Shown here piece by piece: positions 1-9,487 of a stretch of 42,016 nt of DNA (its first letter is position 1; every line of letters begins with the position of its first letter). The stretch is from positions 1 through 42,016 of the forward strand of contig MRSU01010485.1 in NCBI GenBank assembly GCA_008369845.1, in the 5' to 3' direction. This stretch comes from Trichomonas gallinae (lineage: Eukaryota). A model generated the notes under the pieces. That model saw only the letters and a program-made list of their open reading frames with translations, was not told the origin of the DNA and searched no databases. A program made the position numbers and the translations under genes.

Positions 1-95
1 ATTAAATGTTGCGACAGTCGCATTTGCAGTGAAATTGTTTGTTCCGATGTTTGTGTTAGCCCTCTTCCATTGGTCCATTCTTTATACATTTCCAT
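1..95 (-). CDS. Possible 5' end of a gene running off the left edge (unknown product)
   Basis: Minus-strand ATGs at 95/89 (MEMYKEWTNGRG...) and at 78 (MDQWKRANTNIG...) are both open to position 1. Local GC is higher than in the AT-rich spacer to the right. The frame cannot be decided. Confidence 0.3.
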   Translation of the reverse strand, partial: MEMYKEWTNGRGLTQTSEQTISLQMRLSQHL

Positions 96-570
96 TTGTT
101 AAGCCTAAATCGGGGATTTTCAGTCCCCAAAATTTCAAAGTTTTCAATTCGATGTATTATCTCAAATTATAAACAAATTTTATTTATAAATTATGTTAAA
201 TCTATTAGAATTATTTAACCATACAATTGTTTTTAAAATTTTTTATGTTCTTGCCAATAAAACCGAAAATCATTCAAACAAATTCAATAAGAAATGGAAA
301 TTAAATACATTTTATAGATACGAAATGAGTTGATCAGTAAATGTTTGATGTTTAAAATTTGCTAAAATGAAATGAGATGAAGAGAAAATTGACAAAAGCA
401 ATAGGAAAAAATTAATGATTGTTTCATAAAACTATCATATTCAGGCATTTGTACATAATTCATATGAAGATTATCTGCTTTTCTCCAATCATTATCCTAC
501 AGATGATGTTTTTATCGTTGTAAGCCAAATTTGAGAAGATTATATTTTTCCGGTAGGGAACTTTTGTTCA

Positions 571-2238
571 ATGACATTTCGCGATTCTGAGCTCAATGAG
601 CGAAATTTTCGCGAGGAAAGTTCACAATTGGGCAATGCTGATTACACTGATATCGAAAAAATGACAAAACCTGTTCAACCATTATTACCATCGAAAAAAT
701 ATAAGAAAAGAAGTCAATATTTTACGTACCTTAAGAAACTATTCCTTCCATTAATCATCGTCGGTATACTAACAGGTGCGTTTTGCGGGGTAATTACAGG
801 CCTCTATCAATTCTTGTCTGTATTATTGATAAAGTACAACATGAAAATATTTTCATTCATACAAAAACATTTAATTTATTTACCAGCAGCATATGGTGTA
901 AATATAATTATTGGATTAATTTTAGGATTTGCCATTGATTACTTAAAAGAGATACGAGGAAGTGGAATTCCATACATAGAAAGTGTAGCAAGAGGAAATA
1001 TTACGCTTACCTGGTATTATTCGTTGCCTGGAATGTTTTTTGTCAGTTTAGCTGCAATTTTTTCAGGCTTAACTGTTGGCTCTGAAGGTCCTTCAGTCTT
1101 CATTGGAGGGTGCATTGGATATGCTATAGGAAAAATAATAAAGTTGAACCAACTCCATGATATGCTTTTAGTCGCTGCTGGCTCATCCGCAGGCTTAGCA
1201 GTCGCTTTCGATGCACCATTAACTGGAATGATTTTTGCCCTTGAAGAAGTCTACAGAAAGTTTTCCACGCAAATCATTTTAGTTTCTGTTATTTGCGTAT
1301 CCAGTTCTCAACTTATTTGTCACTTGATCTATGGTAGACACATCTTGAAAATCAAGCCATTGATCATCAGCGAGTTCGGACACCAAGAGTTTGGAATCTC
1401 GATGCTCTGTGGCGTTTGTGGTGGAATATTAGGAACAATATTCAACATATTGATATACAAAGCTCGAAATCTATTCAAGCAGATCAAGTTCATTCCTATG
1501 AAGTTATATGTGATCATCCCAGAAATTATAGCTGTAACTCTTTGCACATTTTTCCCTAACGGTGCATATGGCGGCTCAACTGTCTTAAAAATGATTTTAA
1601 ACGAAGAGCTAAAGACATGGGAGATGGGTGCACTTCTTGCTGTACGCATGGCTGCCATATTAATATGCTTTGGATCGAAAGTTTCTGGAGGAATTTTCAT
1701 CCCAATGCTTTCAGTTGGCGCACTCTTGGGAGGATTGATTGGAAAGTTGATGGTAGAAGCAGGATGGGAGTCAGAGCAGTATTCTTTCATGGTACTTATG
1801 ACGATGTCTGCATTCTTCACAAGTGTTGTCCGTGCTCCTCTTACAGCCGTTATTCTTCCAGTTGAATTAACCCTTCAGTTTGCTGGTTGGTTAGGTCCTA
1901 TAACATCAGTTGCATGTGCTTATGTTGTTGCTGAAATTTTCAGAGTCCAACCTTTGTATGAAAAGCTGATGGAACTGCTTGTTGAAAAGAGAGATGATGA
2001 AGATATCAACAAATTCGACGAATTCTCTTATTTCGTTAGTGCTGAGTCAGTAATATGCAATCTAACTGTTCGTGAAATTATTCTCCCTCAAGGTACAACT
2101 TTGACTCACATTGTGCGTGATCACACGCTATTTTTCCCATCAGAGAACACGCAAATACTTGAGGGCGATGAGGTCTTTATCATGTGTGAGATAGAACGCA
2201 TGGACGAAGTTCAAGAACAGATGGCCAAAGTATTTTGA
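571..2238 (+). CDS. CLC-family chloride transporter (ClcA/EriC-like Cl-/H+ antiporter) with C-terminal TrkA-C/RCK_C-like domain
   Basis: 555 aa with many TM segments. CLC signatures present: GSGIP, GSEGP (gating Glu), FALEEV (proton Glu position), GGIFIP and QPLYE (central Tyr). The tail (VSAESVICNLTVREIILPQGTTLTHIVRDHTLFFPSENTQILEGDEVFI) fits the TrkA-C pattern, not a CBS pair. Confidence 0.93.
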   Translation: MTFRDSELNERNFREESSQLGNADYTDIEKMTKPVQPLLPSKKYKKRSQYFTYLKKLFLPLIIVGILTGAFCGVITGLYQFLSVLLIKYNMKIFSFIQKHLIYLPAAYGVNIIIGLILGFAIDYLKEIRGSGIPYIESVARGNITLTWYYSLPGMFFVSLAAIFSGLTVGSEGPSVFIGGCIGYAIGKIIKLNQLHDMLLVAAGSSAGLAVAFDAPLTGMIFALEEVYRKFSTQIILVSVICVSSSQLICHLIYGRHILKIKPLIISEFGHQEFGISMLCGVCGGILGTIFNILIYKARNLFKQIKFIPMKLYVIIPEIIAVTLCTFFPNGAYGGSTVLKMILNEELKTWEMGALLAVRMAAILICFGSKVSGGIFIPMLSVGALLGGLIGKLMVEAGWESEQYSFMVLMTMSAFFTSVVRAPLTAVILPVELTLQFAGWLGPITSVACAYVVAEIFRVQPLYEKLMELLVEKRDDEDINKFDEFSYFVSAESVICNLTVREIILPQGTTLTHIVRDHTLFFPSENTQILEGDEVFIMCEIERMDEVQEQMAKVF

Positions 2239-2863
2239 ACATTTTTGTGTTTTTAATATTATATTATTTGTTTATTTATAAAGTACTATTTATATATCTT
2301 TTAATTTTAAGTTGATCCTCTTCATAATGAATAAAATCGAAAAAAAATTAATCATTTTATTCGAAAGAGAACAAAAAAATAATATAACTTAATTGTATAC
2401 TTGAAGTATGTTTAAAAAATTATGGATAAATACGATTTATCTTAGGATTAACAACAAAATTTTCCAAAATGATGGCAGAACTGACCATTTATATTGTATT
2501 TGTAATCTATAGTAGTAGGATTACCTGGAACTGAATCGAAATCCGCCAATTTTCGATTTTTATCTGAAATCATGTACAGTTTTGTGTTTTGTTTTAAATT
2601 CATAGAATGCATTTAGATGCTTATATACAAGCTAAAATACAAATCAAAAAACTTCCATGAACGAAAAAGCAAAATGAAATTATAAAAATTGAAAGATTAC
2701 AAAAAAATTAAAATAATAAAACTATATCATGATATGAATATAAATATATTTGTGCATTCAAAAATTGTTTACTATCTTCACTAATGCATTCAAAAGTACA
2801 ATCGATTTAATTTTCATTCAGAAGTTATCCTTTATCATAGGAGAATGTTCCGATACCGCAAAA

Positions 2864-3190
2864 GAAAAAAATGAATAAAAATTTCTGAACTTATATAATT
2901 GAAAGAAAACAGAAAAAAATTAATCAATAAAGATAAAATAAACGAATGAGCTAAAAATAAAAAATCAAAATTTATATATTTTTCTGAACTTAAAAATTTG
3001 AAATATAACGGAAAAATTAATGAATTAAATCAACAAAAAAGGAAAATGAATATAAATAAACTAAAACCGAAAAAATGAATAAAGTTTTCTGATCTCAAAT
3101 AATTGAATTAAAAAGGATAAAAATTAATGTAATAAATGTACAACAAATAAAACCAAATAAAAATGAACGAAACAGATGAACCAAAAAAAT
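2864..3190 (+). repeat. Degenerate ~100-bp tandem repeat, about 3 copies, strongly A-skewed
   Basis: The anchor TTTCTGA(A/T)CT recurs at about 2882, 2981 and 3086. Copies 1 and 3 share AAAAAATGAATAAA..TTTCTGA.CT...ATAATTGAA...AAAAATTAAT. Confidence 0.6.
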
Positions 3191-3517
3191 TGAATTACAA
3201 ATTAATAATTACAAATTTCAAAAACGCGAAGCCATGTCGTGCGAATTTTATTGTATTTTATATCATGAACACAAATTACAAAACCAATTTTTCTATGCCT
3301 TTATATTTTTGAGAAGAAGCACGGTTTTAATACGTTAAATAAATCGTACAATATTAACAACTATGTATATCATATTCAAAACAACAAAAAGATAAAAAAA
3401 TTCGAACCGATTGATTTATGCTATATAATCTATATACATAAATATTAAATCAAAAAAATGGCGCTGGCAGCCCACTGAAATAATATTATCCATTGAAAAC
3501 TAAAAATTGATAACAAA

Positions 3518-4480
3518 ATGCATGATCCTTCACTTCCAGCATATATTGGGAGGTACAAGATCCTTAAAGTCCTTGGTGTTGGTGCATCTGCAACTGTGTT
3601 TCTCGGAATGGATGAGCGTACAGAGCTGAAAGTTGCAATTAAAGTATTTGATCGGGAAGAAATTATGAAAAATAACATGTTGCAATATTTAGAAAGGGAA
3701 TTAAGGCTATCAGAAAGGCTATGCCATCCATCAATCGCCAAAATTTATGATATTATTTATGAAAAAAAGTCAATTATGTTAGTGATGGAATATGTAGAAA
3801 AAGGTAATATTATTGAAGCATTAATTGGATCAAGATTTCTTAGTTTCCGTGATAGAATCACTATTTGTTACAATTTTGTAGAAGGAATTAATTATCTCCA
3901 TGAAAGAGGCATTGCACACCGAGATATTAAACCAGAGAATATATGCATAGATGAACATAACTATCCTAAAATAGTTGACTTCGGATTCTCAATAGAAAAT
4001 GCAAATATCTTAAAAACTTTTTGTGGAACGCCAATGTACATGGCACCTGAAATATTGATGAACAGCACGTATGACGGCATTAAAGCTGACATCTGGTCCA
4101 TTGGAATCACAATGCACATAATTTTAACGAACGAATTTCCTTTCGAGAGGAAAAACGACCTGCAATACATTAATGACGTGAAGAGAAATACTATGAAGAA
4201 GCGGCTCTTTGTTTCTGGCCACCTTGCGCGTATAATAGAAGCTTGCATAGATATGGATCCCAACAAGAGAGTTTCTACAAAACAAATTTTAGATATGCTT
4301 AGTGTTTTCTTCGTTGAAAAGACTCACGCTTTTTCTAACAGGAACAAGCTTGTTATTCCAAAATGCTTTACAAGTGTCAACTGTGAACGCGGAAGAGTAG
4401 GCTTTCGAAGAGATAGATCTAATAAAATTCTTGATGAGCTTAAAGGACATTGTAGGATCAGAAAAATTGCTTCTTATTAG
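3518..4480 (+). CDS. Ser/Thr protein kinase, CAMK-like
   Basis: 320 aa with GVGASA, VAIK, HRDIKPEN, DFG, TFCGTPMYMAPE and DIWSIG motifs, plus a basic C-terminal tail. Confidence 0.95.
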   Translation: MHDPSLPAYIGRYKILKVLGVGASATVFLGMDERTELKVAIKVFDREEIMKNNMLQYLERELRLSERLCHPSIAKIYDIIYEKKSIMLVMEYVEKGNIIEALIGSRFLSFRDRITICYNFVEGINYLHERGIAHRDIKPENICIDEHNYPKIVDFGFSIENANILKTFCGTPMYMAPEILMNSTYDGIKADIWSIGITMHIILTNEFPFERKNDLQYINDVKRNTMKKRLFVSGHLARIIEACIDMDPNKRVSTKQILDMLSVFFVEKTHAFSNRNKLVIPKCFTSVNCERGRVGFRRDRSNKILDELKGHCRIRKIASY

Positions 4481-4902
4481 TTTTTTATTTTATCTGTTTT
4501 GTATTTTATAATAAATCGGGTATGTTAAAAATTTGAATAATATTGTTATCGCTAAATTTATGTTTTAATTCACAATCTAATAACCATCGACGCATATAGT
4601 ACTAATATATCAATGATAACTATTAAAAGACTTCTCAATTAGGAAATTTAATAATTTCAATCAGATAATGCATTTATCGAATTTTCTTTTGAGATTAATC
4701 TTGATAAACATGTAGATAAATGATATTATGGACCAAATTGTTCTAAATTATTAATTTCAGGATATTTGAATTAATTATTTGCTCTAAACTTTCACTTTTG
4801 AATTTAATTGAGGAAGTAACTTTGGAAAAACCATAGGAGAATGCATAAATCATAAAAAATTAATCTTCTCATATATTCATGATTAAATATCAAAACAAAT
4901 CT

Positions 4903-7362
4903 TTATGCCTCGAATTTATCAACAAGCAAAGTTCCACCAATGCGATATGACTTATCAAAGTCAACGACGTAAAGCGGGAACCTTTTCTCGAAATCCATAA
5001 GTTCGTCAGATTTCCTGAACCACATGAAAGCAAGTTCAAACTTCGCCTTTGTATTTGTTTCAACAGACAAATTAAATGGGATTTCAAATGGTGCATATTT
5101 GAAGACGAGTTTGTTATCTTTGAACCATGTCAAGTTGTTGAAGCCAGAAATGCTCTTGACGCATTTGTTTTGGCTGCAATTAGCGAACAAATACAAAATA
5201 TCTGGCTTTACAGAATCATTTTGTATTTGAAGATCGAATCCGTTGTTTCCTATCTTAAGTATGTAGTTTGGCCAGCCTGGAATAAAGTCAGGTAAAGTCA
5301 TTTTATATTGTTTTATGTATAATGCTTCTCTCTCGAATGGGCCTATAATAAACTTCTTGTCAAATGTTAATCCAGAAACAGCTTTTTGCAATGCTTTGAT
5401 TGGATTGTTTCCATTTTCAGGAACAAAATAAATTTGTTCTCCTGACATACCTTTGTAAATTAAATGACCGAACCAGCCTTTAACCATGTAATTGGAATCA
5501 TAAGGAGGACCTCTGACGCAGAAATAAATAACAATGCAAATTGGTATTAAAATCAACAAAATTCTCATTTTGATTGTATGCTTGTCAAGTCCAAGATTGA
5601 AATAAGACTTCTTAGGTTTGTTTTCTTCATCTTTGTCATCAACATTTTCTCCTTTTTCGACATCTTTATCTTTGTTATCAAAGTTTTCAATTTCTTCGTG
5701 GTTTTCTTTTGTTTCTTGGTTTTCTTCTTCGTTTTGGTCGGCTTCTTCTGATTCGAAAGCTGGTTTATCCTGTATTTTCTCTTCTTCACTTTCATCTCTT
5801 TTGATTGCAAAACTGATGAAGCTCAAGAAGAACTTAATTCCAAAAAGAACGCCAACAGCAAATGGCGCTGCTTCTCCCATGATGTTGCTCATGTGAACTG
5901 TGTATCCAACAACAGCTCTGAAGAGTAAAGAGTAAACGAAGATGGAAGGAATCAGCATCATTAATTCCATGAAGAATCTCATATATCTGTGATAATTCTT
6001 CAAGAATGAGATAACAGCGTTCGATCCGAGCCAGAATATAACTAATGTGCATAAATCTAGCTTGATGACTATTAATCCAAAAATGATATCAAGGATTGTC
6101 CTCGTCAATAAAACCGCATTTTCTGTAATATTGGCGAAACTTATCACGAATCCACAAACCATATAATAAATCAGTGGAATCATTACTGCAGCAGCTGTTG
6201 GAATGTTTCCATAGCTAACTGGGTTGCATTTCCAGCAGATGAACATGAAGAGAAAATGAGGAATCAATGAAAGAAGAATTGAACAGATGACGAATAATAC
6301 TGTAAATGAATCTCTTGCGTTGAAGAATGGGACATGTGTTACAACTGCTATTATAATCATTAATATTAGCAATACCTGAGCTCCCTTTAGGTTAATGCAG
6401 AAGTTGAATGGAGCAACGCCAACGAGAATTTCGTTTTCTTCTTTTTCATATATTTGGAAATTCTTCAAAAAATTTGTCAGCAGATTTCCATGATATTTGA
6501 TATCATCTCTATTCTGCAAAAGATCAAATTTAGTGTGGTAATACGATGGATTGCCTGTGTAAACAAGTTCTGCACCTGTGATGCCAAATTTCTCGTAAAC
6601 TCGCAAATCCGATGTTGATTTGATTAAACTTGTTTTTGCGAGATCGTTGAAATAAGTAAATCCGATTGCACCTTTAACTTTAGACCAAGCTCTAACAACA
6701 GATGTAGATTTAGCTGCTTTCGTAGTCATAACTAGTGGCCTTCCTGCAGCAATAGCTTCCATATTCAAAACGTGACCTTTCATTTTGAAACTCTTCGAGT
6801 AGGCATCTGCTCCTTCAAGTCCGTATTCTTCTCCACCTATGAATAGGAAATTAAGGTTGTAATTAAGGGATTTGTCGCTTTTCGATATTTGATTTACTAA
6901 TTCTAACATCACTGATATGCACATTATATCGTCGTAGTATGTTGGGCCAGCCGCATGTCCATCAACATGTCCGGATAAGTACAACGTTTTAGACTCATCA
7001 TTTGTAAAATTAAATTTAACGATAACTGTCTTGATAAATTGTCGTAAGCCATTTATAGAACTTGCTTGATAATGGTATTTGTCTGATTCGAACAATTCGT
7101 ACTCAAATTTGTTTTTGGAATGCGATTGATATTGACGTAATGACTCAAGGATGTATTCTACGGATGCGTTATAATGTGAGTTTCCAATAACTCTGCTATC
7201 TTTGGTGAAAAACTCAAGGTGCTTTGAAGCTGATTCGTGATCGAACTCAGTGTTGCCTGAATATCGAATAAGAATATCTCCGGAGAAAATTTCGTTCAAA
7301 AGGATGATGATAAGACTAGTTGCAAAGAAGCCAGCAAAATATAGCTTGTAAGATTGATACAT
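4903..7362 (-). CDS. Multi-pass membrane M28 family zinc peptidase (ERMP1/Pff1-like)
   Basis: The first ATG is at 7362 (MYQSYKL); the ORF-track start at 7392 is TTG. N-terminal TM, then M28 metal/catalytic motifs SGHVDG, YYDD, GGEEYGLEGA, NMEA and YYHTKFD, then about 8 TM helices, an acidic loop, a further TM and a C-terminal soluble domain. Confidence 0.9.
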   Translation of the reverse strand: MYQSYKLYFAGFFATSLIIILLNEIFSGDILIRYSGNTEFDHESASKHLEFFTKDSRVIGNSHYNASVEYILESLRQYQSHSKNKFEYELFESDKYHYQASSINGLRQFIKTVIVKFNFTNDESKTLYLSGHVDGHAAGPTYYDDIMCISVMLELVNQISKSDKSLNYNLNFLFIGGEEYGLEGADAYSKSFKMKGHVLNMEAIAAGRPLVMTTKAAKSTSVVRAWSKVKGAIGFTYFNDLAKTSLIKSTSDLRVYEKFGITGAELVYTGNPSYYHTKFDLLQNRDDIKYHGNLLTNFLKNFQIYEKEENEILVGVAPFNFCINLKGAQVLLILMIIIAVVTHVPFFNARDSFTVLFVICSILLSLIPHFLFMFICWKCNPVSYGNIPTAAAVMIPLIYYMVCGFVISFANITENAVLLTRTILDIIFGLIVIKLDLCTLVIFWLGSNAVISFLKNYHRYMRFFMELMMLIPSIFVYSLLFRAVVGYTVHMSNIMGEAAPFAVGVLFGIKFFLSFISFAIKRDESEEEKIQDKPAFESEEADQNEEENQETKENHEEIENFDNKDKDVEKGENVDDKDEENKPKKSYFNLGLDKHTIKMRILLILIPICIVIYFCVRGPPYDSNYMVKGWFGHLIYKGMSGEQIYFVPENGNNPIKALQKAVSGLTFDKKFIIGPFEREALYIKQYKMTLPDFIPGWPNYILKIGNNGFDLQIQNDSVKPDILYLFANCSQNKCVKSISGFNNLTWFKDNKLVFKYAPFEIPFNLSVETNTKAKFELAFMWFRKSDELMDFEKRFPLYVVDFDKSYRIGGTLLVDKFEA

Positions 7363-7775
7363 TATTCTAATTTTTTTGCATAAACATCTCAATTTATCAT
7401 AAACTTCTCAAATTTTGAAAATCTGAATCGATATTTACTTGTTTGACTCTATAATGATATTTTCCAAAAAGAGTGAAGTGTCAAAAATCAATTCTGTCAT
7501 GTAAACAGATTTGACATTTAATAATTTTACACGACAAATATAATGTTTATTTGTCAAACATTAATCTATATCTTGTCAATAATTCTTCAATTTTCCAGGT
7601 ACCAATGTTTTTGTTTGGCATCGAATACTTTTTCAGACATAGTGACAACACATATGGTTTTTTTGTCAATCATACTCATCTTGTCAGCAGGCAAACATGG
7701 AAAAAAAAAATTGATCAGACTCATTTTTCCTTGGTACAGACTTTTTTGTGCGGTACATGTTGTTTTTTTCAGACA

Positions 7776-9138
7776 TTACAGTAGAATAAATACATATGAA
7801 TACATATACATCATGTTGTTATAATTGACTTGTCTGCATGTTTGAATTATGCATTCGATTTTCTTTGCAACTGAAGATTTATGAACATAATGTATTTCTT
7901 TAAGAAGAGGACAATCAATAAAAGCATTTGGTTCAATGCTAAACTTATTAAATAGTTTAGAATCAACTAATACTTTGTCGAGCTTAGACAATCGCAAAAA
8001 CGCTCCAGCTCGTATTATAATGTTTTTCTCCAAATTGCTCTCAAATTTCAGTGTTTGAAGTTTGTGACAATCATAAAATGCTGAATTTTGAATTTCTCGC
8101 AAGTATTTTGGAAATAAAATATAAGTTCCAAGATATAAATTAAACATACCTTTTGTGATTGTTGTTATGCCACAAGGCATCAAAATGTTTGATGTGCTTC
8201 TCACGAACGAGTATCCATGCAATGCTGGTTTTTCTGTATTAAATATAATATAATATTTGATACATTGCAGTCAGCAAAACAATGATTATGGATCTCCGAA
8301 ACAGAAGATGGTATCTCTAAATCAAATGAATAATAAAAGAAATGAAAACTGAAGAATGGTAATATTCTTAATGATTCATGAAAGCTGAGTTTTTGAGGAT
8401 AATTATTAGGTGCCCAAAAAATTTGAGAAAAATCAGCAGAATACAGGCAATTGTTATACAATGCATAGTTGGTGTTTTGATCATGGATTCTTATAGTCTT
8501 CAATGTGAGAATTCCATTGAAGGTTGCAGGAGTTAGAGCCGTTTCTTTAGGAATAAAAACTGTCTCGATTTTCGATAAAGCAGCAAATCTATAACCAATA
8601 AAAGTTATTTTACTGTCACCATGAATATTTATAGATTTTAACTTCTCACAACTTTCAAATGGGCCGTGAAAATAGAATTGATCAAGATAATAACCGTCAA
8701 TATATGCAACAGATGATGGAATATCAACCGTTTCAAGATTGGTGTAGCAAAATGCACCGACACCAATGGACTGCAGGTTGCTTGGAAGTATTATAGATGT
8801 TAATGATGAAAGAGCAAATGTACATTTGTCAATGGATAGTAATTTTTTGCAGTTTGTCAAATCAATTATTGATAATTTTGAAAATTTGCAAAAAGTTGCA
8901 ATGCCCAACGAAATAATATTGCTATTTTGTGGGAAAATAACTTCTTCTAAGATATCATGTAGGTTATATAAGACTTGGCTAATAAGCTGTCGGTCTCGGA
9001 AATCCGAGTCTTTGATTCGTTCAACTGTGATTGGGATCTCAAGAACTGTAGTACTACTGACGCCAGTGATGACTTTATTTTCTGGTGTCTCATATTGTAT
9101 ATTGTAACAAAGGGAGAATATTATCAATATTCTCCCAT
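7776..9138 (-). pseudogene. BspA-like (TpLRR) leucine-rich-repeat surface protein, frameshifted
   Basis: LRR_5-type repeats (LTSIILPSNLQSIGVGAFCYTNLETVDIPSSV; LREIQNSAFYDCHKLQTLKF) are split over ORFs 8201..9127 and 7776..8222, both of which start at TTG. The only ATG behind the Inr (9138) reads ATG GGA GAA TAT TGA, out of frame. A second shift at about 8243-8256 is repaired by removing one ATTAT copy. The C-terminus xTC + hydrophobic tail is typical of this family in trichomonads. Confidence 0.8.
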
Positions 9139-9141
9139 AAA

Positions 9142-9162
9142 AATGACACTTTTTGACACTTT
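9142..9162 (-). promoter_or_regulatory. Inr (TCATT) preceded by two AAAGTGTCA copies upstream of the BspA ATG
   Basis: The minus strand reads AAAGTGTCAAAAAGTGTCATTTT-ATG. TCATT matches the trichomonad Inr, and AAAGTGTC is one mismatch from the AAAGTGAC core-promoter motif. Confidence 0.5.
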
Positions 9163-9297
9163 ACATTGTAATTTTTTTTTTTTTAAAATGATTTAGACAA
9201 ATTCAAAACTTGATTCTAATATTTCTGATTCAGAAAAATATGATTAATGGTTGTTGATTTAGAGGAGTACGATAGCACGCAATTAATAGATGATGAG

Positions 9298-9373
9298 AAA
9301 CTGATTTTCAAAAGTCAGGTCTGAAACGAAAGGTCACATAAAGGTACCAAACCTGACTTTTGAAACGCAGTTT
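9298..9373. mobile_element. Short MITE-like element (~76 bp) with 23-bp terminal inverted repeats
   Basis: Left arm AAACTGATTTTCAAAAGTCAGGT (9298-9320) and right arm ACCTGACTTTTGAAACGCAGTTT (9351-9373) are 21/23 complementary. Both ends match the element at 41545-41882 in inverted orientation. Confidence 0.75.
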
Positions 9374-9487
9374 ACAAAAAAGAATATATACATTACAAAA
9401 TAATTTTTTTTACAAATATAAATCAAATTCTTCAATAATAATGACACTTTTTGTAGATTTAATAAAAAAATACAAATAATATTTTAT

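Noticed and set aside
112..128. Small hairpins (GGGGA-TTTTCAG-TCCCC; also 17716-17753 and about 34641-34657)
   Set aside because: Short stems of this kind are expected by chance in 42 kb, and bacterial-type terminators do not apply here.
7363..7392. ORF-track N-terminal extensions from TTG or upstream ATG (peptidase 7392, golgin 14272, kinase 39146)
   Set aside because: The sequence is eukaryotic, and downstream ATGs fit promoter motifs and composition better.
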